Shown here: positions 1 through 8,982 of the stretch, piece after piece
Layout of the letters: every line of letters starts with the position of its first letter
Position numbering within the stretch: the stretch's first letter is position 1
DNA from: a virus
Lineage: Duplodnaviria > Caudoviricetes
Length of the DNA stretch: 64,000 bases
Direction: 5' to 3' (one strand)
Virus record (IMG/VR): IMGVR_UViG_3300034126_000020
Coordinates: 160,001 to 224,000 of that record
The notes under the pieces: generated by a model
What the model was told of the DNA's origin: nothing
The model's database searches: none
What the model saw: the letters and a program-made list of their open reading frames with translations, nothing else
Position numbers and translations under genes: made by a program

Positions 1-503
1 TAATCAAAGGAGCCGTGCATACAGCCCACGTCGACTTTGTCCAGCCCGTGAATCGACATCAATTCTTGGACCTGAGCCCATGTAACACTGGCGTCAGCGT
101 TCCACTCATCCGGCACGTACAGCACGCTCAGGTTGTCCAGCTCTGCAATCACCTCAATACTCAAGGTATCGACGTAGCGCAGGTTAGCGGGATTGTCCAG
201 CGTGTTGTTGACGTTGACGAACTGTTTCGACTGGCGCCAGTCATGGCTTGGAGTGCCTTCGAGGACCCGCACGATAATGTTGCGTTTCGCGCAGATGCGA
301 AGAAGATCACCGATCCACTCTTGGATGGCATCCACCTCATCCTGAGGTAAACTCATCAGGCGGTCAAAGACATCGCCTGCAAAGAAGATAACATCAAGCT
401 TGCCCGTCTGCTCATCATCGGGAAACGCCTTGCGGAGGTTGTCGATGATGTGGTACGTGTTGGTGCGTGGATGGGCTAAGTGGATGTCGGAGATGAACGC
501 CAT
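1..503 (-). CDS. SbcD/Mre11-like metallophosphoesterase nuclease (partial, runs off window start)
   Basis: Manual translation from ATG 503 gives MAFISDIHLAH...FFAGDVFDR...LEGTPSHDW...CMHGSFDY, carrying calcineurin-like DxH, GDxxD, GxxxHD and HG motifs. There is no stop before position 1. The start could be the TTG ~36 nt upstream. Confidence 0.85.
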   Translation of the reverse strand, partial: MAFISDIHLAHPRTNTYHIIDNLRKAFPDDEQTGKLDVIFFAGDVFDRLMSLPQDEVDAIQEWIGDLLRICAKRNIIVRVLEGTPSHDWRQSKQFVNVNNTLDNPANLRYVDTLSIEVIAELDNLSVLYVPDEWNADASVTWAQVQELMSIHGLDKVDVGCMHGSFD

Positions 504-510
504 GAGTCTT

Positions 511-1107
511 TCAGAGCGGTTCGATGTCGTCGTCTTCAATCTCATCGAGGGTTTTCCTGACCGGGGTAGCGTCCTTACCGGTGTCTTCACCGAGGAAGCC
601 GAGTTGGGCGGCCACTGCTGGGGCATTCTCACCGAACATACGTTCCAGCGGAATGTTGTAGCGGCGGTAGATCTTGGCCCACATCAGACCATAGACAGCG
701 GAGATCGCGTCAGCCGGACTGTAGTTCAAGGCCATCAGGCGCTGCACGAAACCGTCGATCACCATGCCTGGGGCGTTGGTGGTCACTTGAGCGTCGTACT
801 CTGCACTCAACTCGCCGATGTCCGTTTCAGGCCGCGCATGAATAGAGCGGATCGTCATCGGAGTCGGGGAGATCAGTGGTGGAACGGTGAACAGGATCTT
901 GGCAGGGTTGCCATTCTCGTAGACGTCGATCATGCGGTTGGCATGACCAGCAGCGGCTACATAGATGTCAACACGCACGTTTTCACCTGACCCATTGGGC
1001 ACAAGGTGGGGCAAGAGTCGCTGGATGAAGTCACGCTCGTTCATGCGAGCATTGGCTTCTTTATCCATTTCGTCGAGCCGTTTGAAATCGTCATCGGTCA
1101 GCTGCAT
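511..1107 (-). CDS. Conserved hypothetical protein (198 aa) with acidic C-terminal tail
   Basis: ORF with GGAGAG SD; lies directly upstream of the nuclease; ends LDEIEDDDIEPL. Confidence 0.75.
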   Translation of the reverse strand: MQLTDDDFKRLDEMDKEANARMNERDFIQRLLPHLVPNGSGENVRVDIYVAAAGHANRMIDVYENGNPAKILFTVPPLISPTPMTIRSIHARPETDIGELSAEYDAQVTTNAPGMVIDGFVQRLMALNYSPADAISAVYGLMWAKIYRRYNIPLERMFGENAPAVAAQLGFLGEDTGKDATPVRKTLDEIEDDDIEPL

Positions 1108-1125
1108 GGCAGTCTCTCCGGTAAA

Positions 1126-1147
1126 GGGAGAGGCCGAAGCCTCTCCC
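1126..1147 (-). terminator. GC hairpin with cUUCGg tetraloop
   Basis: GGGAGAGGC-TTCG-GCCTCTCCC followed by TTTA on the minus strand, just after the stop at 1156. Confidence 0.6.
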
Positions 1148-1155
1148 AGTGCGAC

Positions 1156-2001
1156 TTAGTGAACGATCGGAGCTTCCGACGCCGACAGAGCCGGGTCAAC
1201 CGCTTCGCCAGCCGGAGCCTGGGCTTCTTCAGCCACCGGAGCGGCAGCGCCAGCCACTTGGCTCAGGGCTGCCTTGGCGCCTTCTTGAGCTTGCTTGCGG
1301 AAGGTTTCCAGGTGCACGTCTTCAACGACGTAGTACGGACGACCGATGGATGCGCCGTAACCGGCCAGCAGGTTGCCGAAGACTTCCGGGATCACTTCGG
1401 ATTGCAGGCTTTCGGACAGCTTGTCGCCGCTTACCCATTCGCCGGTTTCTTTCAGCTGCTCTTCAACCAGCACGCCGCCTTCTTCCAGCAGGGTCACGCG
1501 GATTGCGCCTGGGATTGCCTGCTCGATCACGACCAGTTCAGGAGTGCGCTGAACGGAAGCACGGGCCTTGAAGGCAATGGCGTTGGCGCCGGCGATCAGG
1601 AAGCGCTGAGCCAGGCTGTCGACCATGACCTGATCGGTGAAGATACGGTCGATGTGCGAAGCGGTCAGTTCGACGATGGTGCGTTGCAGGCCCAGCAGCG
1701 CGTTGTTGGCGCTTTCCAGAGCGTGTTCGGTGGTTTCCAGGCGGGAGCCCAGATCAGTCACCAGCTCTTCCAGCTTGGCAATGCGCGCGTTCTGACGGTA
1801 TTCGTCTTCTTCGGCTTGCGAAGCAGGCTGGATGCCTTCGACGGTTTCAGTGAACACAGCGCCGCCACGGGTCACTTGGTACGTATCACCAACAACCAGG
1901 TCACCGGCACGGACTTCGGTGCCGTCTGGACGGGTGAACAGCGCGTCAGACAGAGCGAACACAGGGCCGAGGGCAGTGAAGAGTTTGATAAGGTGGGACA
2001 T
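1156..2001 (-). CDS. Hypothetical protein (281 aa) with coiled coil and Ala/Glu-rich tail
   Basis: Start moved to ATG 2001 (AAGGAG SD); heptad-like segment RIAKLEELVTDLGSRLETTEHALESANNALLGLQ. Confidence 0.75.
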   Translation of the reverse strand: MSHLIKLFTALGPVFALSDALFTRPDGTEVRAGDLVVGDTYQVTRGGAVFTETVEGIQPASQAEEDEYRQNARIAKLEELVTDLGSRLETTEHALESANNALLGLQRTIVELTASHIDRIFTDQVMVDSLAQRFLIAGANAIAFKARASVQRTPELVVIEQAIPGAIRVTLLEEGGVLVEEQLKETGEWVSGDKLSESLQSEVIPEVFGNLLAGYGASIGRPYYVVEDVHLETFRKQAQEGAKAALSQVAGAAAPVAEEAQAPAGEAVDPALSASEAPIVH

Positions 2002-2011
2002 GAAGCACTCC

Positions 2012-2434
2012 TTAGTTGAGTAGGTCAGCCAGAATGAAAGGCTTACCGTCATTTTGCAGATCAATGATGCTGCGAATTTTGGAATCGGTGGACGTCACTA
2101 CGTGTTGAATGTCAATCGTCTTGTCACCGTCTCGTAGGATAGCACCGATTTGTAAATCAATACTGGGTCCTTTGACTACGGTGTTAACATCGAGAGTGAC
2201 CTCATCGAATTGACGCCCGAAGTAGTCTTCCAGGATGTCTCGGACCTCGGTCTCAAGGTCTGAGGGGCTGTTCCCGAAACGACTGATGATGTCCCCCAGG
2301 CTCGCAATGGAACCGCGATAGAAGTCGGACTGCGACCGCTGGGAGGTGTAGAAATTGGTCAGGGCTTCATCAGCCTTGATGGTCAAGTCGGTAGCAAAAC
2401 CAGGACTACCCAAGACCGGGATAACACGTGCCAT
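2012..2434 (-). CDS. Conserved hypothetical protein (140 aa), possibly gp25/GPW-like fold
   Basis: ATG 2434 with GGAG SD; helix then strands (DLETEVRDILEDYFGRQFDEVTLDV); sits in the chimallivirus core block downstream of nvRNAP beta-prime. The fold call is inference. Confidence 0.65.
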   Translation of the reverse strand: MARVIPVLGSPGFATDLTIKADEALTNFYTSQRSQSDFYRGSIASLGDIISRFGNSPSDLETEVRDILEDYFGRQFDEVTLDVNTVVKGPSIDLQIGAILRDGDKTIDIQHVVTSTDSKIRSIIDLQNDGKPFILADLLN

Positions 2435-2448
2435 AGGACACTCCAGAC

Positions 2449-2519
2449 GAAAAAGAAAAGGGGTGAGGCGGTTGCGGAGCACATACCCATAGGGCAGTGC
2501 TCCACTAGGCCTCGCTCCT
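2449..2519 (-). terminator. Long nested hairpin followed by U-tract
   Basis: Minus strand reads GAGG..GGAGCAC..CCC TAT GGG..GTGCTCC..CCTC then TTTTCTTTTT. Confidence 0.6.
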
Positions 2520-3143
2520 TTACAGCGACCCGTTGTTAGGATCGCTTGGATCGTCCAAGCCGTCGTCGAGGAAAGCTTCGAAGTTAGCCCACATGCTGTC
2601 CTTAACCAAGGTTTGCTCGGCAAAGCGCAGCGGACCACGGTTGTCACCGTCACGGATCGTGAGGTACTGAGTACTTACAGCACCGCCTTCATCGTTAAAG
2701 GTGAACAGCCCGTCCATGACAGCCTGGTAATCTGGGTTATCCTCGCCATGCTTCCCTTGGAAGTAATTGACGAAGGAATCACGCCAGCCATTCATCATGT
2801 CCTTCTCGAACAGTTTCTGAGCGCGCGGGTTAGCCATGAGCCAACGCTGCTGATCAGGCCCAGCTTGTTGGAACTGACCGATCTTGAACATCGGCCGGAT
2901 CTCATCCCGATCAAACAGGTGACTGACTTTCCGTTTGAGTGCGTCCATCTTGCGTTCCAGACGATCAAAGTCAAACGACTCGAACCGCTGTACCGCTCGA
3001 CTGAACACTTCACTGCCCGCAAGCCCATAGGACCGAGCAGTGTTTTCCATACGCTGTCGGATAGCCGCACGGTCCTCCGATCGCGGAAGTCCGTAGTGCA
3101 TGACACCGAACTCCTGATCATCAGCGTAGATAGCTATCGCCAT
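2520..3143 (-). CDS. Conserved chimallivirus protein (207 aa), positional equivalent of phiKZ gp59
   Basis: ATG 3143 with GAGGAG SD, directly after nvRNAP beta-prime. The orthology is inferred from synteny only. Confidence 0.6.
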   Translation of the reverse strand: MAIAIYADDQEFGVMHYGLPRSEDRAAIRQRMENTARSYGLAGSEVFSRAVQRFESFDFDRLERKMDALKRKVSHLFDRDEIRPMFKIGQFQQAGPDQQRWLMANPRAQKLFEKDMMNGWRDSFVNYFQGKHGEDNPDYQAVMDGLFTFNDEGGAVSTQYLTIRDGDNRGPLRFAEQTLVKDSMWANFEAFLDDGLDDPSDPNNGSL

Positions 3144-3153
3144 GGTGTACTCC

Positions 3154-4617
3154 TCATCGTGATACCTGGTCGCCCTCGACGATCCAGCTGGTAATCGTCG
3201 CAATCAACGGCGGCGGAAGCGTCGTGTTGCGGGACACCGTGAATGGCTTGTCGAGGTCCATGACGCCTGTGACGGGATCATGGCGGGACATGACTTTCGC
3301 GTTCTTCAGGTCAAGCGGTAGCTCGCCCCAGAGTGCGTCACCATCGAAGTCAGCGTTCTTGTCGATCAAGTTGAGCGGCGAGATGCTGATGGTGTTGTCT
3401 GTCGGGTCCGGCTTGATCGTGTCGATCTGGTTGTAGCCAATCGAGCCACGGGTCAGCGTCGGGTTACGACCGAAGGTGGTTGGAATGGTGCCGTTCGGAG
3501 CTTCGGCTAGTAGCTCCTTGAACAACCGGTCCAGCTCAGGGTGCCAACGCAGTGTGTTCTCGTAGATCAGAGCCTGCATCTCGTTGGGGATATACCCCTG
3601 AGTGAGCAGCTTGTTCTGCAAGTGCACCTTAAACAGCAAGGTACTGGCAGACCACGGCATCTCCATCCCATCTTGACGGTGGGGCTTCTGACGCGACGTG
3701 ATCACCGCACGGAACCCGAAGTACGGACGTGTGCCGTAGATCAGCTTACGTGCCACACCAGGCTTCTTGAAGATCACCTCAGACTCGAAGGTCTTATAGT
3801 AGTCATTGAAGTGCTGGAGTGCGCTGACAACGCGACCCTCTTTAACAGCCTGAGCCAGCTTGGGCTGATTCTCGGCAGTCTCACGGTTGTCGATCCCGAT
3901 CAGGATGTGCGCGGCGTTAACCGCAGACACCATCTTGGGGTCAGCCGTGATACGGTTGTTGGAGTTTTCCTTGATGAACCCAAGACGCGTTGGGAATGGC
4001 AGGTAATCCGAGAACGTCCGGTCGAAGTTCTCCTGCAAGAAGCGCATGATCTTTCTACGCTTACGAGCAGATGCCGAAGGACCAATCAAGCCAGCCTTAA
4101 ACAACGCTACCAGGATGGACTCGTAGTGCTCGACAAAGTGGTTGTAGCCACGAGGGATTTCCAGCTTATCCAACTTGCGCATCTTGTCGGGAGCCAGGGG
4201 AGAGGCTGCCGTGTAGCGCGGGTTACAAAGATACTCCAGGATGTTGAAGTTCGAATGCGTCAGGTTCTTCGACAGAATCCGCCACACTGTTAAGTTGATG
4301 AATTTCTTGATGCCTGCCGGGCACTTGATCCACAGGAGAGTCTCCAATGGTTTCTCAGTGATCGGCATAACCAAGCTCAGACAGTCATTACAGCGGATGC
4401 CGTAATTGTCCATGCCGTGGATAAGTCCACAGTCACAGCTCGCCGTGTTGTTCAGCGAGTCCCCGTCCAGGCTGGCGTAAATCAGGTTGTTCAGCTTGAG
4501 ACGATCAGCCTCAAGATCGATGTTGAAGTCGTTCATCAGGATCGCTGGGTGCGACTGATGCATGAACATGGTGTCGTAGCCCACCACACGTAAGTAAATG
4601 CCATTACGCTTTTTCAT
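3154..4617 (-). CDS. Non-virion RNA polymerase beta-prime subunit, N-terminal part (phiKZ gp55-like)
   Basis: N-terminal zinc-binding Cys cluster (SCDCG...CNDC), RNPTL motif and catalytic NADFDGD; adjacent to chimallin as in phiKZ. Confidence 0.93.
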   Translation of the reverse strand: MKKRNGIYLRVVGYDTMFMHQSHPAILMNDFNIDLEADRLKLNNLIYASLDGDSLNNTASCDCGLIHGMDNYGIRCNDCLSLVMPITEKPLETLLWIKCPAGIKKFINLTVWRILSKNLTHSNFNILEYLCNPRYTAASPLAPDKMRKLDKLEIPRGYNHFVEHYESILVALFKAGLIGPSASARKRRKIMRFLQENFDRTFSDYLPFPTRLGFIKENSNNRITADPKMVSAVNAAHILIGIDNRETAENQPKLAQAVKEGRVVSALQHFNDYYKTFESEVIFKKPGVARKLIYGTRPYFGFRAVITSRQKPHRQDGMEMPWSASTLLFKVHLQNKLLTQGYIPNEMQALIYENTLRWHPELDRLFKELLAEAPNGTIPTTFGRNPTLTRGSIGYNQIDTIKPDPTDNTISISPLNLIDKNADFDGDALWGELPLDLKNAKVMSRHDPVTGVMDLDKPFTVSRNTTLPPPLIATITSWIVEGDQVSR

Positions 4618-4640
4618 TGACCTCCCCTAGTGCCCGCTGA

Positions 4641-4686
4641 AAATAAAAAGGCATAACAAGGGGGAGCACAGGCTCCCCCAAGCTAT
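4641..4686 (-). terminator. Terminator after chimallin (hairpin + TTATGCC + U-tract)
   Basis: Minus strand reads GGGGAGCC TGT GCTCCCC ... TTATGCCTTTTTATTTT. Confidence 0.75.
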
Positions 4687-4695
4687 GAACGTCAG

Positions 4696-6606
4696 TTAGA
4701 AGCTATTGCCGAAGCCAAAGCCGTTACCAACGTTGCCACGCAGCGAACGAGCGCCGTCACCAGTCACGCGGCGGCTCGAGAGCATGCCGTGAGTGAGGTC
4801 ACCGCCGACGAAGTCACGGATGCGAGTGTTACCACGCAGGCGACGGTTGCCGAAGGTGTAGTGAGCGGAACGCTGGTCGATGTTGATTTTGCAATCAGCA
4901 ACGGCCATTGCCAGCGCTTCGATGAACTGCGGGTTGACGAAAGCCAGGTCTACGTAACGAGCGAACTTCACGTTGCTCGCGCCGAGGGCGCTGGTCAGTT
5001 GGTCGTACTGCTCGCTGACGCGGATTTCTACGTCCAGGTCAACGCGGTCGATCACGTCCTGATAACGCAGGGCAGATTCGCCTTCGTCATTCGGGTTGGT
5101 GGCCATCCAGCGCAGCAGGTCCCATTCACGCAGATCGCGCTCGTTGCCCTTCTCGTCGATCCAGGTGCCAGTCAGGTAACGAGCACCGGACATTTGCAGC
5201 GGGGTTTCGACGCCCAGTTCACGGGCACGGCGGGTGAAGTTGCCGTTGGTCAGACGGTCGGCGTAGTCGTACAGACGGCCGATGGCGTCCTTGTTGGCGC
5301 TGTCGTCAGTAGCAGCGTCGGACAGCAGGGAGGTGATCCAGCTGTTGTCGCCGCCTTCTTCCAGCTCGATAGCCCAGGCCAGGTTGTCGTCAACCAGGCT
5401 GAAGAAGTACTGAGCCCACTTGTGGGTGTCCAGCGACGCACGGTTGTCGAACTCGACCGGAGTCTTGTCCTGATCCGGGCCGAGGATGTTCAGCAGGCCA
5501 GCATCACGGTGGTCGATTTCGCCGCGAGCGATGTCGCCCGGCAGGTAGGTCTGAGCCCACGCTTGGTCTTTCGAGATGACCGACGCACCAGCCAGAGCCA
5601 GCAACAGCAGCTCAGGGGTGATGCCGTTGGCGTTGGTGTCCATGCGGTTGATCACGTACATCGGAGTGAAGTACGGCTGATCACGGCGCTGGGTACGGCT
5701 CCAACGATCTTGTTCGACCGGCGGGGTGTACATGATGCTGACGTAACCGCCCAGGTTGGCCAGGCCAACAGGGATGTTCTGGTCGCCTTTGCGCACGATG
5801 CCGGCAACGGTAACGGCCAGGTCGGAACGACGTGGCAGACCGTCAGCGGTCATGGCTTCACGGCCAGACAGGTCGACGTTGATTTCCAGGGTCGATTGCT
5901 TGCTCAGCCAGTCCAGCGAGAAGAACAGGTCAGGCTGGAACAGGTTGCTGTAGATCGCTGCCAGAGCGGCCTGGGCGTAGAACACGACCTGACGCACTTC
6001 GGTGTTTTCCGGATCGTTGAAGTCCACTTTGTGGGACACTACGCGCCAGCCGGCACGAACGATCTCGACGCTACGGCGCGACTGATCGAAAGCCTTCTTC
6101 GCGATTTCGTCAACCAGAGCCAGGTAGCTCTCGGTGATGTAGTCGGAGGCGATGATCGGCAGCGGGTAGGTGCGATGGTTGATTTCGACGTTACGCACGG
6201 TGGCGTCGTCGGTCATGCTCGAGGACAGAGCCAGAGCCGACACCAGAACCTTGACGGTGCCGTTGTCTTCGACTGGGTAAGCCAGGATCACCGAGGAGAT
6301 GCTGACGTTGTGCTCGGAAGCTTCCAGACCCAGAACTTGGATCTTGGAGAGGTCGATCAGGCCGGCGCCTGCAACCTGACGCTCTGGATCGAACCAGTGC
6401 TTAACCGACTTAACAGCGTTGACCAGAACTTCGCCGCTGATGCGACGGGACATCGGTGCGCCGAGCAGGCGGTTGATGTCCAGCAGGCCAGCGGTGCCAG
6501 CCTGCGATTCACGGGCAGGGCGCTCAGCACGTTCGCTGCGAGGTTGTTCGGTGCGCGGACGCTCGTTGCTCGAAGCGGTGTTGTCGATGTCGTCTTGTAC
6601 AGCCAT
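4696..6606 (-). CDS. chmA: Chimallin, major phage-nucleus shell protein (636 aa)
   Basis: Size ~630 aa, disordered charged N-terminus, Gly/aromatic C-terminal segment (GNGFGFGNSF), strong SD. Position between the gp52-like gene/DNA polymerase and nvRNAP beta-prime is the canonical chimallivirus arrangement. Confidence 0.9.
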   Translation of the reverse strand: MAVQDDIDNTASSNERPRTEQPRSERAERPARESQAGTAGLLDINRLLGAPMSRRISGEVLVNAVKSVKHWFDPERQVAGAGLIDLSKIQVLGLEASEHNVSISSVILAYPVEDNGTVKVLVSALALSSSMTDDATVRNVEINHRTYPLPIIASDYITESYLALVDEIAKKAFDQSRRSVEIVRAGWRVVSHKVDFNDPENTEVRQVVFYAQAALAAIYSNLFQPDLFFSLDWLSKQSTLEINVDLSGREAMTADGLPRRSDLAVTVAGIVRKGDQNIPVGLANLGGYVSIMYTPPVEQDRWSRTQRRDQPYFTPMYVINRMDTNANGITPELLLLALAGASVISKDQAWAQTYLPGDIARGEIDHRDAGLLNILGPDQDKTPVEFDNRASLDTHKWAQYFFSLVDDNLAWAIELEEGGDNSWITSLLSDAATDDSANKDAIGRLYDYADRLTNGNFTRRARELGVETPLQMSGARYLTGTWIDEKGNERDLREWDLLRWMATNPNDEGESALRYQDVIDRVDLDVEIRVSEQYDQLTSALGASNVKFARYVDLAFVNPQFIEALAMAVADCKINIDQRSAHYTFGNRRLRGNTRIRDFVGGDLTHGMLSSRRVTGDGARSLRGNVGNGFGFGNSF

Positions 6607-6676
6607 GGTGTGACTCCTTGGTATATAACGTTACTAGGCCTAGTGAACTCGAAGCTTGGCTTCTGTATTCATGTTT

Positions 6677-6703
6677 ATAATGTAGCACCGTACGAAGTTC
6701 GAA
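6677..6703 (-). promoter_or_regulatory. Putative phage early promoter motif (TTCGAA-N13-TACATTAT) upstream of chmA
   Basis: One of 8 similar motifs, all upstream of minus-strand ORF starts. Confidence 0.6.
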
Positions 6704-6931
6704 TGGAATTCGTGCAGAGAGCCTCATTATGATTCGGCCAGGGGGTTTAAAAATACGTGTGATCTTACCGGAAAAGGAAATACCCTCCTCTTGTGCTGAG
6801 CTATAAACTCAGCCGGAGCAGATCTCCTATAGCATATGCAGTCTCAGGTTATTTTTTACGATTGCACTCGCACCACCTCTGAAAGAATTCCGGCTATCCT
6901 TTGAGACTTTACCCGCCAATGGACCATCGCC

Positions 6932-8071
6932 ATGTACCAACTGTTCAACACCGAGTCCAGGATCAAGCAGACCAATATCGCTACCTTTGGCCTGGACTAC
7001 GTCAAGCGCGAACTGATGAACGTACAGGTGAACCGCTATAAACAGCTTCGGGCTGCAAACCCCGGGTACCTGAAGAGCGACCACCTGCTACAGAAGATCC
7101 TGGGCATGATCGACATCCCTTTCGATGGCGACCTACCCGACTACTATCTCCGTGTCTCCAGCATTGTAGACCGGCTTGCTGGACAGATGGGCTTTTGCAC
7201 CGCCGGCCACCACGGGCGGGTCAGGAACCATAGCCACTTCTACGGTAAAGGCGTGAATGAAGTCATCATTGCCATTGCTGACGATGAAGTCACTCCAGGC
7301 CAGATCTGGTTTAACTGGCGGAATATGAGCCCTGTGAGGGTACTCTCACATCCTATCATGGGATGCGGTATTATTGAACTGGATGGGACCAACGACATCA
7401 AGGGTTTGCCTTGGGGTGCGACGGCCGTTATCGAGATCAACATTCCTTTGCTGGCTTGTCAGTATCACCTGTGGCGGGTGGCTGTACGTGGACTGGCCCC
7501 AGAGGGCTTTGCCTTCCCCGTGAGCCATTTCCTGACACAGATCATCATCCCCAACATGCTGCCCGGTCACTTGGACGTGGCAGTGGGCAACACGCTGCAC
7601 CATTTGATCGGTGGCACGGGTTACGTCAAGGTAGAGAGCGACATGCCCTTCTACACGGCAGACCTGTACCCCAAGCTGGAGAAAGGCTTGCAGGAGTTGG
7701 CTACCCGCTTCTGCAACCAGACACTGTACTACCGAGACATCCTCTCGAACGTCCCTGTGTTTGGCAACGACACCTTGATCCAGACCGTTCGGATGCCAGA
7801 CATCGCGTACACCAACCAAGCGATCTGGGCACTGACCATGGCACGGCTTCCTGTGATTGCCATGCTCTTGAAGTTCGACCAGTTGGCCAAGAACGTAAAG
7901 AACGATGCTGACCGTAACCGTATCCGGCGTAGTCTCACGGAAGCGGAGAGCGGCAAGTACTTGGTGAACCAGATCCCAGCCGATGTTGCAGCAGGGATTG
8001 CGAACTTCATTGCACAGAACGTGGCACCTCTGTTGTTCAAGTCGCCCCAAGCGGCAGAGCAAACCCTGTAA
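6932..8071 (+). CDS. Conserved chimallivirus protein (379 aa), phiKZ gp52-like
   Basis: Divergent from chmA and between chmA and DNA polymerase, matching the conserved core block; clean codon usage. Confidence 0.75.
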   Translation: MYQLFNTESRIKQTNIATFGLDYVKRELMNVQVNRYKQLRAANPGYLKSDHLLQKILGMIDIPFDGDLPDYYLRVSSIVDRLAGQMGFCTAGHHGRVRNHSHFYGKGVNEVIIAIADDEVTPGQIWFNWRNMSPVRVLSHPIMGCGIIELDGTNDIKGLPWGATAVIEINIPLLACQYHLWRVAVRGLAPEGFAFPVSHFLTQIIIPNMLPGHLDVAVGNTLHHLIGGTGYVKVESDMPFYTADLYPKLEKGLQELATRFCNQTLYYRDILSNVPVFGNDTLIQTVRMPDIAYTNQAIWALTMARLPVIAMLLKFDQLAKNVKNDADRNRIRRSLTEAESGKYLVNQIPADVAAGIANFIAQNVAPLLFKSPQAAEQTL

Positions 8072-8072
8072 A

Positions 8073-8107
8073 CATAGAGAGGAGCCTAGGCTCCTCTCTA
8101 TGCCGTG
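8073..8107. terminator. Bidirectional terminator-like 30-bp perfect palindrome with TATGCCG flank
   Basis: CATAGAGAGGAGCCTAGGCTCCTCTCTATG between convergent genes. Confidence 0.7.
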
Positions 8108-8683
8108 TCACTCAAACAATCGATCAATCGAGATACTGCTAAGGATAGGCAGAGAAGCGATGTGCACGCTCCGTGGTTGTACGAAGGCCTCAGGCATCGG
8201 TACAAGCCCGGGAACCACACGGCGGATCACTACACCACCGGGAAGCTCTCGCACCGCAGGCTGCGCCTCACGCTCTCTGGCCCACCGTTCTGCCTGAAGG
8301 CGCAGACGTTCCCGTCGAGCCACGTCGTCAAGCTTACGCTGGACTTGGCCTTCTGGGTCCATCATGCCTTTCTGGAACAACGCCATCAGCGGGGTCTCAT
8401 ACACCGTACCACTACGATGCGTGAAGTCCTGCTTGAAGGTAATGTCGTCCCGGAAGGTCACCAATCCATGAGGCCAGACAATCAGCCAATGGCCACCTTC
8501 TGGCTTAAAGAGCTGGTAGAAGTCAGGGTCGATCTGCATGACCTCTTTGGGATTGAACCCATAAGCGGTGTAGGACGGATCGTCATGGAACATCCAGTCC
8601 GTACGGTCAACTCGCTGGATCTGGAACGCGTGGACCTTGGACCACGGGGTGATCCTGAGTGTTGAGACGGTGCAGCTGGGCAT
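8108..8683 (-). CDS. Hypothetical protein (191 aa)
   Basis: Strong GAGGAGG SD before ATG 8683. Confidence 0.7.
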   Translation of the reverse strand: MPSCTVSTLRITPWSKVHAFQIQRVDRTDWMFHDDPSYTAYGFNPKEVMQIDPDFYQLFKPEGGHWLIVWPHGLVTFRDDITFKQDFTHRSGTVYETPLMALFQKGMMDPEGQVQRKLDDVARRERLRLQAERWAREREAQPAVRELPGGVVIRRVVPGLVPMPEAFVQPRSVHIASLPILSSISIDRLFE

Positions 8684-8867
8684 CGTGAGCCCTCCTCAAT
8701 GTGTTCAAGGCATCACCCAATCGCTTGGCCACCTGAATGTTTATCTTGCCGTGCTGGCGTACCGCAGTCTCCACCAGCAGGAATATAGGCACCCCGCTGA
8801 TCAGAGACTGCTCCACTGCCTTCTCGACCATCTCCGAGAACACATCAATGATGGCTTGATTGCTCAT
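8607..8867 (-). CDS. Hypothetical protein (start uncertain)
   Basis: Fills the gap downstream of DNA polymerase; helical sequence; no clear SD. Confidence 0.45.
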   Translation of the reverse strand: MSNQAIIDVFSEMVEKAVEQSLISGVPIFLLVETAVRQHGKINIQVAKRLGDALNTLRRAHDAQLHRLNTQDHPVVQGPRVPDPAS

Positions 8868-8982
8868 CGGATCAAGGTTGATGGACGACTTGGTGACGCA
8901 TGCCTTGTTGTAGTCGCCAGTGAGGTCACCCCAGGTTGTCAAGACCGGCCCACGCCGGTCAGGGAACCTGAGGATCTTGCAC

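Noticed and set aside
3154-4617. Group I intron or homing endonuclease in nvRNAP beta-prime (present in phiKZ gp55), or inteins in the polymerase or terminase
   Set aside because: All three reading frames are continuous and of normal length, with no intein splice motifs evident.
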